A DNA stretch of 64,000 nucleotides from Ignisphaera sp. (GTDB lineage: Archaea; Thermoproteota; Thermoprotei_A; Sulfolobales; Ignisphaeraceae), in assembly GCA_038889075.1 (NCBI GenBank), contig JAWAHS010000001.1, positions 96,001 to 160,000 on the forward strand, read 5' to 3'. Below, piece after piece: positions 21,271 through 31,841 of the stretch (position 1 is its first letter; the number at the start of each line of letters is the position of its first letter). The translations under genes were made by a program, and so were the position numbers. A model generated the notes under the pieces. That model was not told the DNA's origin. It worked only from the letters and a program-made list of their open reading frames with translations, and ran no database searches.

Positions 21271-21340
21271 GTCTTCCATAGCTGGAGGAATCTCAACCAT
21301 TTAAGAGGAACTTGAATAGTAACTATTTCCAATTTCCTAC

Positions 21341-21814
21341 TTACAGATTAAAGATAAAAATCTTTTCATTAAAGGCCTCTGCTAAGGGAATAATATTTAT
21401 TATGGGTCTTGGAATGAAGCTTCTCCTTGTAACGATTATTAATGCGTCTGAATAGGATATACACTTTAATATAGAGTCGTATCTATGTTTAGGTATGGTT
21501 ATATCACCACTACACAACTCTATAATACTCACACTAGGTAACGAGTTTGTGATAGATTTGATCAAGGGTGTCAAAGGTCTACATAGTGTTATTAAGCACG
21601 ATATATTTTTGGCATTGATCAAGTTCAAGAGTTTTATTACAATAATTGAATCTAAATGGATGCTATTATGTTTTAATATACATTGTTTAGGTGTATGCAG
21701 ACATTCGCTGTTAATCACCGGAATTACTATTAATGTAATCCTCTCTATACCCTTCAACACATCTATGTAAGTCTCCATATCATAGTATGCAATGTTTATT
21801 GTAATAGATCCCAC
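21341..21814 (-). CDS. Hypothetical protein
   Basis: 157-aa ORF with GGTG SD; alpha/beta pattern, no motif recognised. Confidence 0.5.
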   Translation of the reverse strand: MGSITINIAYYDMETYIDVLKGIERITLIVIPVINSECLHTPKQCILKHNSIHLDSIIVIKLLNLINAKNISCLITLCRPLTPLIKSITNSLPSVSIIELCSGDITIPKHRYDSILKCISYSDALIIVTRRSFIPRPIINIIPLAEAFNEKIFIFNL

Positions 21815-22034
21815 CTAGCACCACGGTTTATTCCTAATGTATCTCTGAATATATATCTTAGTTAGTAGTACAATTCACATTAGAGATAAGTGGTACGAAC
21901 TATTGCAAACTCTAGAGCAAATCTGTAGAGACAATTGCCGAATGAAGATAGTCGAAATAGTAATTATGTTACACTATTTCATCGGTCTAAATTTGAATAG
22001 TAAATGAGATAATGCAGGAATATAAGAAAACCAT

Positions 22035-22460
22035 CTAACCGTTATATCTTAATGTGATATTCTTTTTTATGATTTCTATAGTGCTTTCAAGATACTCATC
22101 GATTAAACTTGCATGTCTTTTTCTTATATGATCTTCAATTATCTGATTAGGCAATTCTTCACCACATAAGCCACACTTAACTATATAGCCATTGACTTCC
22201 TTTGTTATAGGCTTTATTTTTAATAGAATTGGAATAGCATGTTTTAAAAGTACCTTTGCCTTCACAACGGAGCCTGTCTTTTCAACTATTCTTTGTATAT
22301 AGCCTCTAACTTGATGCTTACTCAGACTATATTTTATTGCAACACTACTTGGACTTACACCATTAACAAAGTAGTCGTGAACTGCCTTTATTACATCGTT
22401 TCTACCAGCTAATACCTTAATAATAAGGTATTCTAGTACCGCCTCAGTGGGAGATCTCAT
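22035..22460 (-). CDS. HTH plus C2H2 zinc-finger protein
   Basis: SPSSVAIKYSLSKHQVRGYIQR (HTH); CGLC...HIRKRH. Confidence 0.75.
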   Translation of the reverse strand: MRSPTEAVLEYLIIKVLAGRNDVIKAVHDYFVNGVSPSSVAIKYSLSKHQVRGYIQRIVEKTGSVVKAKVLLKHAIPILLKIKPITKEVNGYIVKCGLCGEELPNQIIEDHIRKRHASLIDEYLESTIEIIKKNITLRYNG

Positions 22461-22775
22461 TATATTACCCCAGTATTATTATCAAGTTTCATAAAAATTT
22501 ATAAAGAGCAACTCATATGCTACCTTATAAATTTAGTAATAATAACACCTAGTTACTGATATTTTTAGGTACTATTTAGGTATATGAAAAACTTTTTGCT
22601 GGTAATACCTATAGGATAGTCGATATTAGACTGATTTCCGTGTTGGTATCGATAACTTTCTCCTGTTAAGAGTTTTGTTAATTTTAAGTACTATACCACA
22701 TGGCTAAAAAACATATATACTATTCCGATGAAATAATTTCACACACAGGGTAACGTCTTACTTAGGTGCAGATAA

Positions 22776-23009
22776 TTGACCAGCGAAGAAAATAGCTATA
22801 TAGAATTAGATATAAGAGCAACAAAGATAGTTTCAGTAAAATTGGATGTTGATGTAATATACGAGCTTGATAAGATGGTTAGAAGACACAACTTTAAGAG
22901 CAGATCTGAATTTATAAGGGAAGCACTTAGCCTATATATCAAACTTCTAAACATATATGGTAGAAAGGAGCTTAAGAATATAATTGAAAATAGACTTAAA
23001 ATAGCTTAG
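22776..23009 (+). CDS. Ribbon-helix-helix (CopG/NikR-type) transcription regulator
   Basis: KIVSVKLD...ELDKMV...SRSEFIREAL; AGGTG SD before TTG. Confidence 0.85.
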   Translation: MTSEENSYIELDIRATKIVSVKLDVDVIYELDKMVRRHNFKSRSEFIREALSLYIKLLNIYGRKELKNIIENRLKIA

Positions 23010-23086
23010 GAATTCCAAATCTTTAATGAAGCTACAGTCTTAGACGTCAATTAATTAAAATGTAGAGTGGTATTGAAGCGTAATTC

Positions 23087-23935
23087 TCAGGTTATTAATT
23101 CCCCAAAGTATTTAGCCAGAAGTTTTAGTAGCCTAGCGATATTGTCGCAATCGGCTATGTTTTCCCTATGGCAAGCCACTTCCAATACTATATTACCTTT
23201 AAAGCCATTCCTTTTAAGAGCTTCAAAAAGTTCGTTCCAATGTACTGTACCCGTAGAAAGTGGTGGTAAATGGAGATCTCTGTAACCATCATTATCATGT
23301 GCATGTATAAGAGTAACATACTTAGCAAGCCTATCGTAGAATTCACTAGGCTGAAAACCATTTACAATGGCGTGTCCTGTATCTAAACATACGCTAAATT
23401 TATCGCCTCCTATACTATCAATCAGATAAAGTAGATCATTTGGCAGGTATCCGTATACGCCTTTCTCAAGACGATTCTCTATGCTAAGTCTTATACCGTA
23501 TTCACTGGCATAGCTATGTATCTTTTCAAAAAATACTATAGCTCTATCTCTAATTCTTGTTGAGTACTCTATAGAGCCTTCACCTACATATGGATTATTA
23601 AATGGTATATGTATCGCAGCTAAATTTACTCCGATCTCTGAATAGAATTTTAACCATTTTTCGAAAATCCCTATGATGTTCGGCATCTTATCGAGTTCTA
23701 CAGCCAATCTTATTTCTTCTCCATACGGTAAGTGGGCCACATTCATATTTATGTTGAGGGTCTCGATAACATCTATAACTTCATTCATAAGTACATCAAG
23801 TTTTTCACCACGTTTTATAAAGTAGTGAAAGTTGTCATAGCTGAGTTCAATATTGGTAAGACCGTGGCTATATAGTCTTTGAAGAGCTTGCGAGGGTCTT
23901 AAAAATGCATATACCATAGTCGATGTGTATATCAT
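23087..23935 (-). CDS. Sugar phosphate isomerase/epimerase (xylose isomerase-like TIM barrel)
   Basis: AHLPY, SIEN, CLDTGHA, HAHDNDGYRDLHLPP, VLEV. Confidence 0.88.
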   Translation of the reverse strand: MIYTSTMVYAFLRPSQALQRLYSHGLTNIELSYDNFHYFIKRGEKLDVLMNEVIDVIETLNINMNVAHLPYGEEIRLAVELDKMPNIIGIFEKWLKFYSEIGVNLAAIHIPFNNPYVGEGSIEYSTRIRDRAIVFFEKIHSYASEYGIRLSIENRLEKGVYGYLPNDLLYLIDSIGGDKFSVCLDTGHAIVNGFQPSEFYDRLAKYVTLIHAHDNDGYRDLHLPPLSTGTVHWNELFEALKRNGFKGNIVLEVACHRENIADCDNIARLLKLLAKYFGELIT

Positions 23936-24227
23936 ATCATTTTCACCTACTAAATTTGGAAAATTTTTGTCCTGATGATAGTTTTAATTCCAACGTCAAA
24001 GTTTAAAAAGATTCTCTCTAAGGCCATTTGGGGCAACAGGTTGGTACCGTTTCTCTTATATATTTGTATATCCACATCTAATAATATGTTGTAAGTTAAT
24101 GGATTTTGGTATGGAGAGAATGTGTAGTGAGGATACAGTTTTGCAATTATTCATCATTATACTGATCCTCTAGATAGATTATAAGAATTTATTTAGGGTA
24201 ATTAATATATCATACAACTTTGCGGAA

Positions 24228-25331
24228 GTGATGGCATTGATGAATCCAATGCGTATGCATGGTGGCGTAGCTCCAGAGAACTATACGGATTTCTCAACAC
24301 CTATAAATCCTCTTGGGGTACCCGATGTAATTAGAGGTCTCATTAGCGAATCGATAAAAAGTGAAATCTATTCTTTCTATCCCAATTATAATTATACGGC
24401 ACTTCGAGAAGCTATAGCAGAATTCTATAATATTGAACCTAGCTATATAATACCTCTTAATGGTGCTGCTGAAGCACTGTATCTGATTGTAGGTGCAGAG
24501 AAACCTACTACCGCAATAGTTTGCGAACCTACATTTGGAGATCATAGGGCACTTTTTCATGCACTATCAATGAATTATATATCCGTACAGTATGCAGAAT
24601 TTCCTAATATGTATGTATTTCCGTTTAATATAGTATATATGTTATCTAAATCGATAAAATCTAAATGTATCATACTATTCTCTAATCCAAATAATCCATT
24701 AGGGACATGTATTCCAATAGAGGTTATTGAAAAGATTCTTCATATGTATAGGAACTGCATTGTTATAGTAGATGAGGCATTTATGGACTTGTCAAGAATT
24801 TGTAGATCTGCATTTAAGCTGGTGGAGGAATACAAAAATATAGTTATACTAAGGAGTCTAACTAAGACGTTTGCAGTACCAGGTCTGAGAATCGGCTTCT
24901 TATATACCTCGAATACAAAGCTTCTACATAAAATTGAAGTATTTAGACAGCCATGGAATGTAAATAGCATTGCAGATTACGTTTTTTCCAGAGCCTTAAC
25001 CGATTATAGAAATAACCTTAATGAATTTCTCGAGCACTCAAAAAGTGTAATAGAAGCTGAGCGACAATTTCTCGAATATTCTTTTTCTGAACTGGGTCTA
25101 CACTTTTATAAATCTTACGCACCTTTCATATTAGTGAGATTCCATAACGATGTTAAAAATATCCAACATTTCTTAGAACGATTTAAAATATGGATAAGGG
25201 ATGCCTCATCATTTCAATTCTTAACGAGATACCATGGTAGGATATCAGTAAGACTAAGAGAGGATAATGAAAAATTAATTAATGCTTTGAGGATCATCCT
25301 AAAAGAGAAGGTATATGGTGAGGCACAGTGA
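24228..25331 (+). CDS. cobD: L-threonine-O-3-phosphate decarboxylase (PLP)
   Basis: HGG, DFSTPINPLG, NGAAEAL, NPNNPLG, VDEAFMD, RSLTKTFAVPGLRIG, PWNVN; adjacent to cbiB/cobS. Confidence 0.85.
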   Translation: MMALMNPMRMHGGVAPENYTDFSTPINPLGVPDVIRGLISESIKSEIYSFYPNYNYTALREAIAEFYNIEPSYIIPLNGAAEALYLIVGAEKPTTAIVCEPTFGDHRALFHALSMNYISVQYAEFPNMYVFPFNIVYMLSKSIKSKCIILFSNPNNPLGTCIPIEVIEKILHMYRNCIVIVDEAFMDLSRICRSAFKLVEEYKNIVILRSLTKTFAVPGLRIGFLYTSNTKLLHKIEVFRQPWNVNSIADYVFSRALTDYRNNLNEFLEHSKSVIEAERQFLEYSFSELGLHFYKSYAPFILVRFHNDVKNIQHFLERFKIWIRDASSFQFLTRYHGRISVRLREDNEKLINALRIILKEKVYGEAQ

Positions 25332-26270
25332 CAATAGCCATATAATGGCAGCCAACGTCACTATTCTCAATCCTATTTTCAACGCATTTTCATCAAGTTC
25401 TCTAACTCCTTTACCTATTGTGTAACTCCCAATTTTTTCAAGTCTAACCATTAGGACCCCTGCAATGGCAGATATTGGATGACCTGCATTTAAGCTTTCT
25501 GTAGCTCTACGATAGTCCCTCCATATATTAAACGCGTATCGTATACTGGTTTTTGCAAATGGTGCTAATAGTATTATAGTAAAAGCGGTAAGCCTTGCAG
25601 CAATAAAGTTTATTAAAGTATCAACTCTTGCTGAAAACCAGCCAACTTCTCTATATTCAGCTGTTTTAAATCCTAGTGCTCCATCCAAAGTATTAGAAAT
25701 TCTCTGCAGCAGTGCTCCTATAGGTCCCAGGAGTAGTATGTAGAAAAGAGGTGAAGTGTATCCATCAACAAAACTCTCTGCTAGGGATTCTATGGCTGCT
25801 GAAACTACATGTATTTCATCAATTTTATATACATCCCTTCTGACAATTTGTTGTGTCCAAAATCTTGCACACCACCAATCATTTAAATGGACACATTCTG
25901 TGACGTTTTTAACAATTGATATAAGTAGCCTTAGTGATAACGATACCTTTATTATCCATCCAGCTACTACTATCCATAATAGGGGATTTGTCAACCAAGC
26001 TATGTATAACAGGACACTATATACTATCAGATGCGTTGATACAACTATGAACCAGGTAGCAATGCCCCTCATTTTCGACGAATATCTTTTTCCAATTTTT
26101 ATAGCAAGGATATAGGATGTATGAACTGGGTGTATTGTTAGAAGGAACCCTTTATGAAATGGATAGAGGTAGTCAAGGATATGAGCAACGAGTATCGCAG
26201 AGATGAGTAGGTATGAATCTTTAGGATAAAGAAAATCTGGAATTATACACATGTAGCGATCACCATGCAA
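25299..26270 (-). CDS. cbiB: Adenosylcobinamide-phosphate synthase
   Basis: HPV, IVRRD, AAIESLAESFVDG, NTLDGALG, ARVD, SLNAGHP, LEKIGSY. Confidence 0.92.
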   Translation of the reverse strand: MHGDRYMCIIPDFLYPKDSYLLISAILVAHILDYLYPFHKGFLLTIHPVHTSYILAIKIGKRYSSKMRGIATWFIVVSTHLIVYSVLLYIAWLTNPLLWIVVAGWIIKVSLSLRLLISIVKNVTECVHLNDWWCARFWTQQIVRRDVYKIDEIHVVSAAIESLAESFVDGYTSPLFYILLLGPIGALLQRISNTLDGALGFKTAEYREVGWFSARVDTLINFIAARLTAFTIILLAPFAKTSIRYAFNIWRDYRRATESLNAGHPISAIAGVLMVRLEKIGSYTIGKGVRELDENALKIGLRIVTLAAIIWLLSLCLTIYLLF

Positions 26271-27022
26271 ACAACTCTAGTCGTCTCATATGAGAAGCCA
26301 ATAATATCACCATTTATAAAACCAAGCCTCTTTTTAGCATCTGAAACTATGGTAACTGCTACTAGCAATGTAATTAGAATTGCTGAGATTAGCATGAATA
26401 CTTCTATGTGTGTAAAAACTAATATAGATAGGTATATCGCCAGCAAGGTAATGATATTTTTAATGAAATTAGCAGAGATTTTAGCACTGATTACAAATCT
26501 TCTCCCAAGCCCATTATAAGGTTCTTCTATTCCAAAGAATGCAGTTATATACATTGCCTCAGCAGAAGCAACGTATATGACTACTAATCTCAATAGAGAT
26601 GCATATACCGAACTGCCTGACTCAAGCATAATGTACATTGATGCTGATGAGATAAGCAAATTGAGAGTTATAGAGATTATACTAAACGTTCCCCTTCTAG
26701 GATCTTTAAGAATTTTGATCGCATACTCGCCAGTTCTATGGGATCCTATTACATCACTATAATCAGCATATCCATCAAAATGTATACCACCGGTTACCAT
26801 TAGATGAAAAAAGATATAGAGAATTGAAATGATAGCATTATGTATACCCAGCACATATAAAGACCATATAAGAAAGGAAACTATGGCACCTTCAACCAAA
26901 CCTATTACTGGAATTAGATAGAAATACTGAGCAGCGTATTCAATGGAACTATTACCTGTAGGTATTGTTGTTAGTAGTGCAAGAAGAGATTTTAATCCCT
27001 TAAACACGCTCTTCCATTTCAA
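26243..27022 (-). CDS. cobS: Adenosylcobinamide-GDP ribazoletransferase (cobalamin synthase)
   Basis: LLTTIP, TGGIHFDGYAD, ILKDPRRG, GFINGDIIG. Confidence 0.92.
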   Translation of the reverse strand: MKWKSVFKGLKSLLALLTTIPTGNSSIEYAAQYFYLIPVIGLVEGAIVSFLIWSLYVLGIHNAIISILYIFFHLMVTGGIHFDGYADYSDVIGSHRTGEYAIKILKDPRRGTFSIISITLNLLISSASMYIMLESGSSVYASLLRLVVIYVASAEAMYITAFFGIEEPYNGLGRRFVISAKISANFIKNIITLLAIYLSILVFTHIEVFMLISAILITLLVAVTIVSDAKKRLGFINGDIIGFSYETTRVVCMVIATCV

Positions 27023-27107
27023 TTATCATAGCACCATAAATTGTTGTATGTAGGGTATAACTTGAATGTCCCCATACTTTAGGAAGGTATGAAGATTAGT
27101 ATATCTA

Positions 27108-27638
27108 TTAGTGGCAAAGTCTTCTCACCATTTCTAAATCGCTAACTTTATCAACATCTATAACGCTATTTTTAGGATAGGAAATATTCCTCCAGGATCC
27201 ACAGTTCTTTTTGAAGAATGTTATCCCTATAAGTTTTTCGCGATCATCATCTATTGTTAATGTGATTATATCTTCCTGAGCTTCAAGGGCTCTTCTAAGG
27301 AAATCTACTAAAATTTCCCTGTTTTGCACATAAACATCAGCAGCGATCATGAACAAGGGCTTGGGGAGGGCATCCAAGAGAAAAACAAGATCCTTAACAA
27401 AATCGTCTCCTGAGGTCTCTATGCAATCCGTAGAGAGGTATTTATTAGTAGCACATATATATGAGGCTCCGAGGGTTTTTTTAGATAAAGCTATTACCGC
27501 ATGTTCACACAGTATCTCTACATCATTCAACAGCTTTTCTATTAAAGGTTTACCACATATATTCGATAGAAATTTTAGGGGTGAGCCAAATCTAGATCCT
27601 TTACCACCAGCTAGAATAATACATACAACTTTATTCAT
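27108..27638 (-). CDS. cobY: Adenosylcobinamide-phosphate guanylyltransferase
   Basis: ILAGGKGSRF, GKPLI, G-D-FVKDL, AAD; located in the cob operon. Confidence 0.8.
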   Translation of the reverse strand: MNKVVCIILAGGKGSRFGSPLKFLSNICGKPLIEKLLNDVEILCEHAVIALSKKTLGASYICATNKYLSTDCIETSGDDFVKDLVFLLDALPKPLFMIAADVYVQNREILVDFLRRALEAQEDIITLTIDDDREKLIGITFFKKNCGSWRNISYPKNSVIDVDKVSDLEMVRRLCH

Positions 27639-28746
27639 TGCTACTACCTCTATCTATTTCATTTATTAATAGTGTATAGAGTGATCCGAGAATAGCCGAT
27701 ATTATGTCATCAATATAGAGTCCAGCTCCATTATATTTCAACTTACCTATTTTCTTCATATTTTCAATCCAATACATGGCAAACATAGCGTTTGCTCCTC
27801 CAACATATAAAGCTAAAGAAATACCGAGAAGCTCATCAGCAACTATCTTTATAGTATCGCTAGAATATTCATCAGTAGTTAAACCTGGCACTGTGCCTGA
27901 GGAACCATGAAGATCGAGCTCTCTGGCAGCTATAATAAAGCTCCATACATTAGGATCTTTTAAAATTCTATGGAGAATTTTTCTGGCTTTTTCAATTGCT
28001 TTTTCAAGTGATATATTGGGTATAGGTGTAGACGCATATATGTTTCTAAATAGTTCTAGAAACTCCTCCATGGAGTAACCTATACAATTTTTTAGTAACC
28101 ACTCAATACCATTTCTAATACCTACCGATATAATAGAATTGTAAACTATATTCGCTACACTGTTTCCAATTGGTGTAGCCATACCTGAGAACAACACCCC
28201 TCCATCTAATCCATATGGTCTTGCAACAGCGATAGCATCCGTCACCGTACCTACGGCCCTTGATTTACATCTTAGTAGAAGATCCGAGGAGGCAACAACT
28301 TTAGCTTCTATTGCAGTTTTTAAAAGATCAACCATAGCTTCTTTTGAAAGCGGTAAATCAACATATATAAGAATATTTATGGTACCCATTCTCAATGGTT
28401 CATAAAGTTGATTATACCGAATGCATACAGGAGGCTCCAAGCCTATAGTCATTACAATTTCACTTAAGTACCCCTCTACATGTAGAAGCTTATCCATAGG
28501 TACAGCAGTTAGGAATACTATTCCTGATTCTATATCAAGCTCTTTTAAAATCTTCAGATAGTATTCCACTATGTTATCTACATGAAAGTTGCTTTCAACA
28601 TGCTTAAAAATAGCATGTCTAATAATTGTCGGTTCGCTATTATTGATCGAAACAGTCTTTAGTGTTGATACAACTTCTACAGGTTTTGGAAAATCTATAG
28701 CGATTATGTCCTCATTAATCCTTCTTATATTGAGATACATAGCCAT
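27631..28746 (-). CDS. cbiS: Bifunctional adenosylcobinamide amidohydrolase / alpha-ribazole phosphatase (CbiZ-CobZ fusion)
   Basis: CbiZ motifs FLTAV, GTINI, EAK, GTVTDAI; C-terminal DPNV...VADELLG...YVGG...DDIISAILG typical of archaeal CobZ. Confidence 0.82.
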   Translation of the reverse strand: MAMYLNIRRINEDIIAIDFPKPVEVVSTLKTVSINNSEPTIIRHAIFKHVESNFHVDNIVEYYLKILKELDIESGIVFLTAVPMDKLLHVEGYLSEIVMTIGLEPPVCIRYNQLYEPLRMGTINILIYVDLPLSKEAMVDLLKTAIEAKVVASSDLLLRCKSRAVGTVTDAIAVARPYGLDGGVLFSGMATPIGNSVANIVYNSIISVGIRNGIEWLLKNCIGYSMEEFLELFRNIYASTPIPNISLEKAIEKARKILHRILKDPNVWSFIIAARELDLHGSSGTVPGLTTDEYSSDTIKIVADELLGISLALYVGGANAMFAMYWIENMKKIGKLKYNGAGLYIDDIISAILGSLYTLLINEIDRGSSNE

Positions 28747-29842
28747 CCGTCACAAGTGCTTGGTATTCGCCATATATAGACTTCTTAATATCATTTATGT
28801 CGAATCCTTTGATGAGAGCACCTACGATTGTACCACCTGCACCAACGCCTTCTTTAACATAACCCTTTTCATATGCCATAAGACCACTGTATGGGGTATC
28901 GACAAAGCTGAGTGGTGGATAGAGTATAGGTATTTCAGGTGCGATATCCTTTACAAGACCAGCCATGTCAGCAGAGTTATCCTCAACAATCCATCGGGTA
29001 GTAGCTATCGCAACTTTGCCTGCAATATTTATGCTAAGCTTTTTTAGAATAGCTAAAACAGCACACATCTGGGTACCTCCAGCGAGAAGGACTTTAGCTT
29101 CCTGTTCTATCGCACCAGAAACAAAACCAGCAATAGATATGTGTAGAGGATCGCCAAAGATGGCAACAGCATCAAATACATCTTTTACAGGGAGTTGCAA
29201 TCCGCACCTCTTTAAAGCTTTTGCAAAAACCTCTATCTTCAAGTTATGTGGATTTTCAGGGGAAGCACTACTAACCCTTCCAGAAGCTCTATACCCTAAA
29301 GCCTCCATAATAGACATAGCAGTAGTTGTACCACCAGGAATGGATTCACCTACTATAAATACACAATCTCTTTTACCAATCATTAATCCAAGTGTTTTAC
29401 CACTGCTATACAATCTAATAACATTCTCGGTGGGAAGAGCATCCTCAACGTCGATTCTCCCACCAACAGATCTTCCAGGAAGCGATACATGTGGTACTTG
29501 AGGTTCTATATAAGCACCACAATTAACAATTAGATAGGGTATCTTTAGGAGTTTTAGTGATGCTCTAGTTAGAACAGCAGGTGTAGGAATACCATCGGGG
29601 GTTACAGGTATTATATCTAAAGTCTTAGGTTTCCCAAGAGTAAGATATTCAACGTCTAAAGTTGGTGTATAGAGGGTGGCATTTGGATCAGAGCCAGCAA
29701 TGCTTATACCTGGAATAGTTGAAACCTTTGTAGATGCTATAAAATATAGTGCATACATTTGAAGCTCTTTAGCATCCCTAACTATAGACTCTGCAAAACC
29801 ACTGTAGTCTATAGCCTTTAAACCTCTAATCATATAAACCAC
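28715..29842 (-). CDS. cobT: Archaeal NaMN-dependent base phosphoribosyltransferase CobT
   Basis: IPGISIAG, GIPTPAVLT, GESIPGGTTTA, LAGGTQM, TTRW, YEKGYVKEGVGAGG. Confidence 0.92.
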   Translation of the reverse strand: MVYMIRGLKAIDYSGFAESIVRDAKELQMYALYFIASTKVSTIPGISIAGSDPNATLYTPTLDVEYLTLGKPKTLDIIPVTPDGIPTPAVLTRASLKLLKIPYLIVNCGAYIEPQVPHVSLPGRSVGGRIDVEDALPTENVIRLYSSGKTLGLMIGKRDCVFIVGESIPGGTTTAMSIMEALGYRASGRVSSASPENPHNLKIEVFAKALKRCGLQLPVKDVFDAVAIFGDPLHISIAGFVSGAIEQEAKVLLAGGTQMCAVLAILKKLSINIAGKVAIATTRWIVEDNSADMAGLVKDIAPEIPILYPPLSFVDTPYSGLMAYEKGYVKEGVGAGGTIVGALIKGFDINDIKKSIYGEYQALVTDGYVSQYKKD

Positions 29843-30004
29843 CTGTATAGGCTAGCCACATGTAGTGGTCAAGAGTTGCTAATAAATTTTCATTAAGAGT
29901 ACTTCTATGGTGCAATCCTATACTGTTATAACATTATAACATATGCACTTAAAGTTTTCTATATCTCTAATATTTTTAAGTTATATAGTGTTCGGTGCCC
30001 ATAG

Positions 30005-31324
30005 TTGATAATTAAGAATTTGGATGAACAGATAGTTAAGAGTATATCGGTTGAGGAGGGTGTCGACATAGAGATTCTTAGAAGAGGTATATCAAATGGT
30101 AGAATAGTTATACCAATGAACGCTAGAAGGAGTTACATAAAGCCCATAGCCATAGGTGAGGGACTTAGAACCAAGGTTAATGTAAATATTGGGACTAGCG
30201 GAAACGTCATCGATGTAAATATGGAAATTGAAAAAGCTAGAATTGCTGTAACCTACGGTTCAGATACAATAATGGATTTGAGTACAGGTGGTAATATAGA
30301 TGAAGTTAGAAGAATACTAATTGAAGCATCAAAGCCGTTACCATTTGGAACCGTACCCATATATCAGGCTTGGATTGAAGGTGTGAAGAAGTATGGAGGT
30401 GTAGGAATGCCTTCAGACTGGTTTATATCCGTAGTTGAGCGTCATTTAAGAGATGGTGTAGATTTTACAACAATACATGCGGGTATAACAAAGGAACTTG
30501 CTGAAAAAGCTGTTAGAAGTAATAGGATTATGCCTATAGTAAGTAGAGGAGGCTCTATGGTTGCGATATGGATGCTCGAGAACAATAAAGAGAATCCCTA
30601 TCTCCAACACTGGGATTATCTAATAGAACTATTTAAGGAGTACGGTACTGTGATAAGCCTTGGTGATGCCCTTAGACCGGGAACCATAGCTGATGCTCAC
30701 GATATTCTCCAGATAGAAGAGCTTATAAATAATGCAAGACTTGCGAGAGACGCCATTTCTAAGGGAGTCCAAGTAATGATCGAAGGCCCTGGTCACATGA
30801 CTATGGATAGGATTGCTACAGATATAAAGCTTATGAAGAGTCTGAGTGGTGGAATTCCATATTATGTTCTCGGACCTCTGGTTACCGACATTGCTACAGG
30901 CTATGACCATATAGCCGCAGCTATAGGTGCGGCAATAGCGGCTGCTGTAGGTGCTGATATAATCTGCTATCTAACACCATCGGAACACCTCTCCCTACCA
31001 AACACTGAACAGGTTAAGGAGGGTTTAATAGCGGCTAAAATAGCTGCACATGCTGGAGACCTCATTAAGCTTGGCGGGAGGGTTGCTAGGAGGGATATAG
31101 ATATAAGCTTAGCCAGAGCTAGGCTCGATTGGGATACGCAGATAGCTTTAAGTATTGATAGAGAAAGGGCTAAGAACATTAGAAAACAGTTTGGTAATGC
31201 TATAAAGAGTTGTTCAATGTGTGGACAATATTGTGTATTTTTGCTTTTGGAAAAATACCTAGCAAATAGAGGCAGTACGACATTGAATTTGGATGAGGTT
31301 TTAGCTAGGATAATAAAGGGGTAA
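30005..31324 (+). CDS. thiC: ThiC-family radical SAM enzyme (phosphomethylpyrimidine synthase; BzaF-like role not excluded)
   Basis: [53 protein letters not shown]-terminal CSMCGQYC. Confidence 0.85.
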   Translation: MIIKNLDEQIVKSISVEEGVDIEILRRGISNGRIVIPMNARRSYIKPIAIGEGLRTKVNVNIGTSGNVIDVNMEIEKARIAVTYGSDTIMDLSTGGNIDEVRRILIEASKPLPFGTVPIYQAWIEGVKKYGGVGMPSDWFISVVERHLRDGVDFTTIHAGITKELAEKAVRSNRIMPIVSRGGSMVAIWMLENNKENPYLQHWDYLIELFKEYGTVISLGDALRPGTIADAHDILQIEELINNARLARDAISKGVQVMIEGPGHMTMDRIATDIKLMKSLSGGIPYYVLGPLVTDIATGYDHIAAAIGAAIAAAVGADIICYLTPSEHLSLPNTEQVKEGLIAAKIAAHAGDLIKLGGRVARRDIDISLARARLDWDTQIALSIDRERAKNIRKQFGNAIKSCSMCGQYCVFLLLEKYLANRGSTTLNLDEVLARIIKG

Positions 31325-31328
31325 CACT

Positions 31329-31841
31329 ATGGATACGTGCAAACATTTTGACAATAGCATGTGGTTGTGGAGTATATGGGTTAAAACCCCAAAACTTAAC
31401 AATAGTGATATTTTAATAGCATCAGCATGTCTACCACACGTAAATAGAGAACTATTTGAAAAGCTATCCAATGGAAAACAAGTACTATTTGCATGCCCTG
31501 AAAGAGAGTCGGTGGCATACTACGGAAAAGTAGCCAGCATCATAAAATCGTCTAAACCGAAGACGATAACTGTAGTAACAATCGATGGAAGCCCACATTG
31601 CTTTCAATTACATGCAGCAGTAAATGAGGCAGTGTACATAACAGGGGAGAATATAATTAAGAAACATTACGTTGTGGTTGATGGGGAAAAATTCATCGAG
31701 GTATCGCCGAATAGTATAAGAGTTGCAAGATATTTGCATCTTGTTGAGAAACTAATAAATATGTATCCTGAAATACTAGATGAACTTAGGAAACATAGTC
31801 TGGAGTACATCGATTCTCTTAAAAATAAAAAGCAACCATGA
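31329..31841 (+). CDS. Putative Fe-S-binding protein co-transcribed with thiC
   Basis: DILIASAC...LFACPE...ITVVTIDGSPHC spacing resembles the ADC...GCPKLD...MEVPCC Fe-S oxidoreductase-associated domain; 4 nt after the thiC stop. Confidence 0.55.
   Translation: MDTCKHFDNSMWLWSIWVKTPKLNNSDILIASACLPHVNRELFEKLSNGKQVLFACPERESVAYYGKVASIIKSSKPKTITVVTIDGSPHCFQLHAAVNEAVYITGENIIKKHYVVVDGEKFIEVSPNSIRVARYLHLVEKLINMYPEILDELRKHSLEYIDSLKNKKQP

Noticed and set aside
24129-24170. Hairpin GAGGAT-A-CAGT / ACTG-ATCCTC upstream of cobD with C/D-like words
   Set aside because: Too short for a two-guide C/D RNA, interior AT-rich; plausible by chance.
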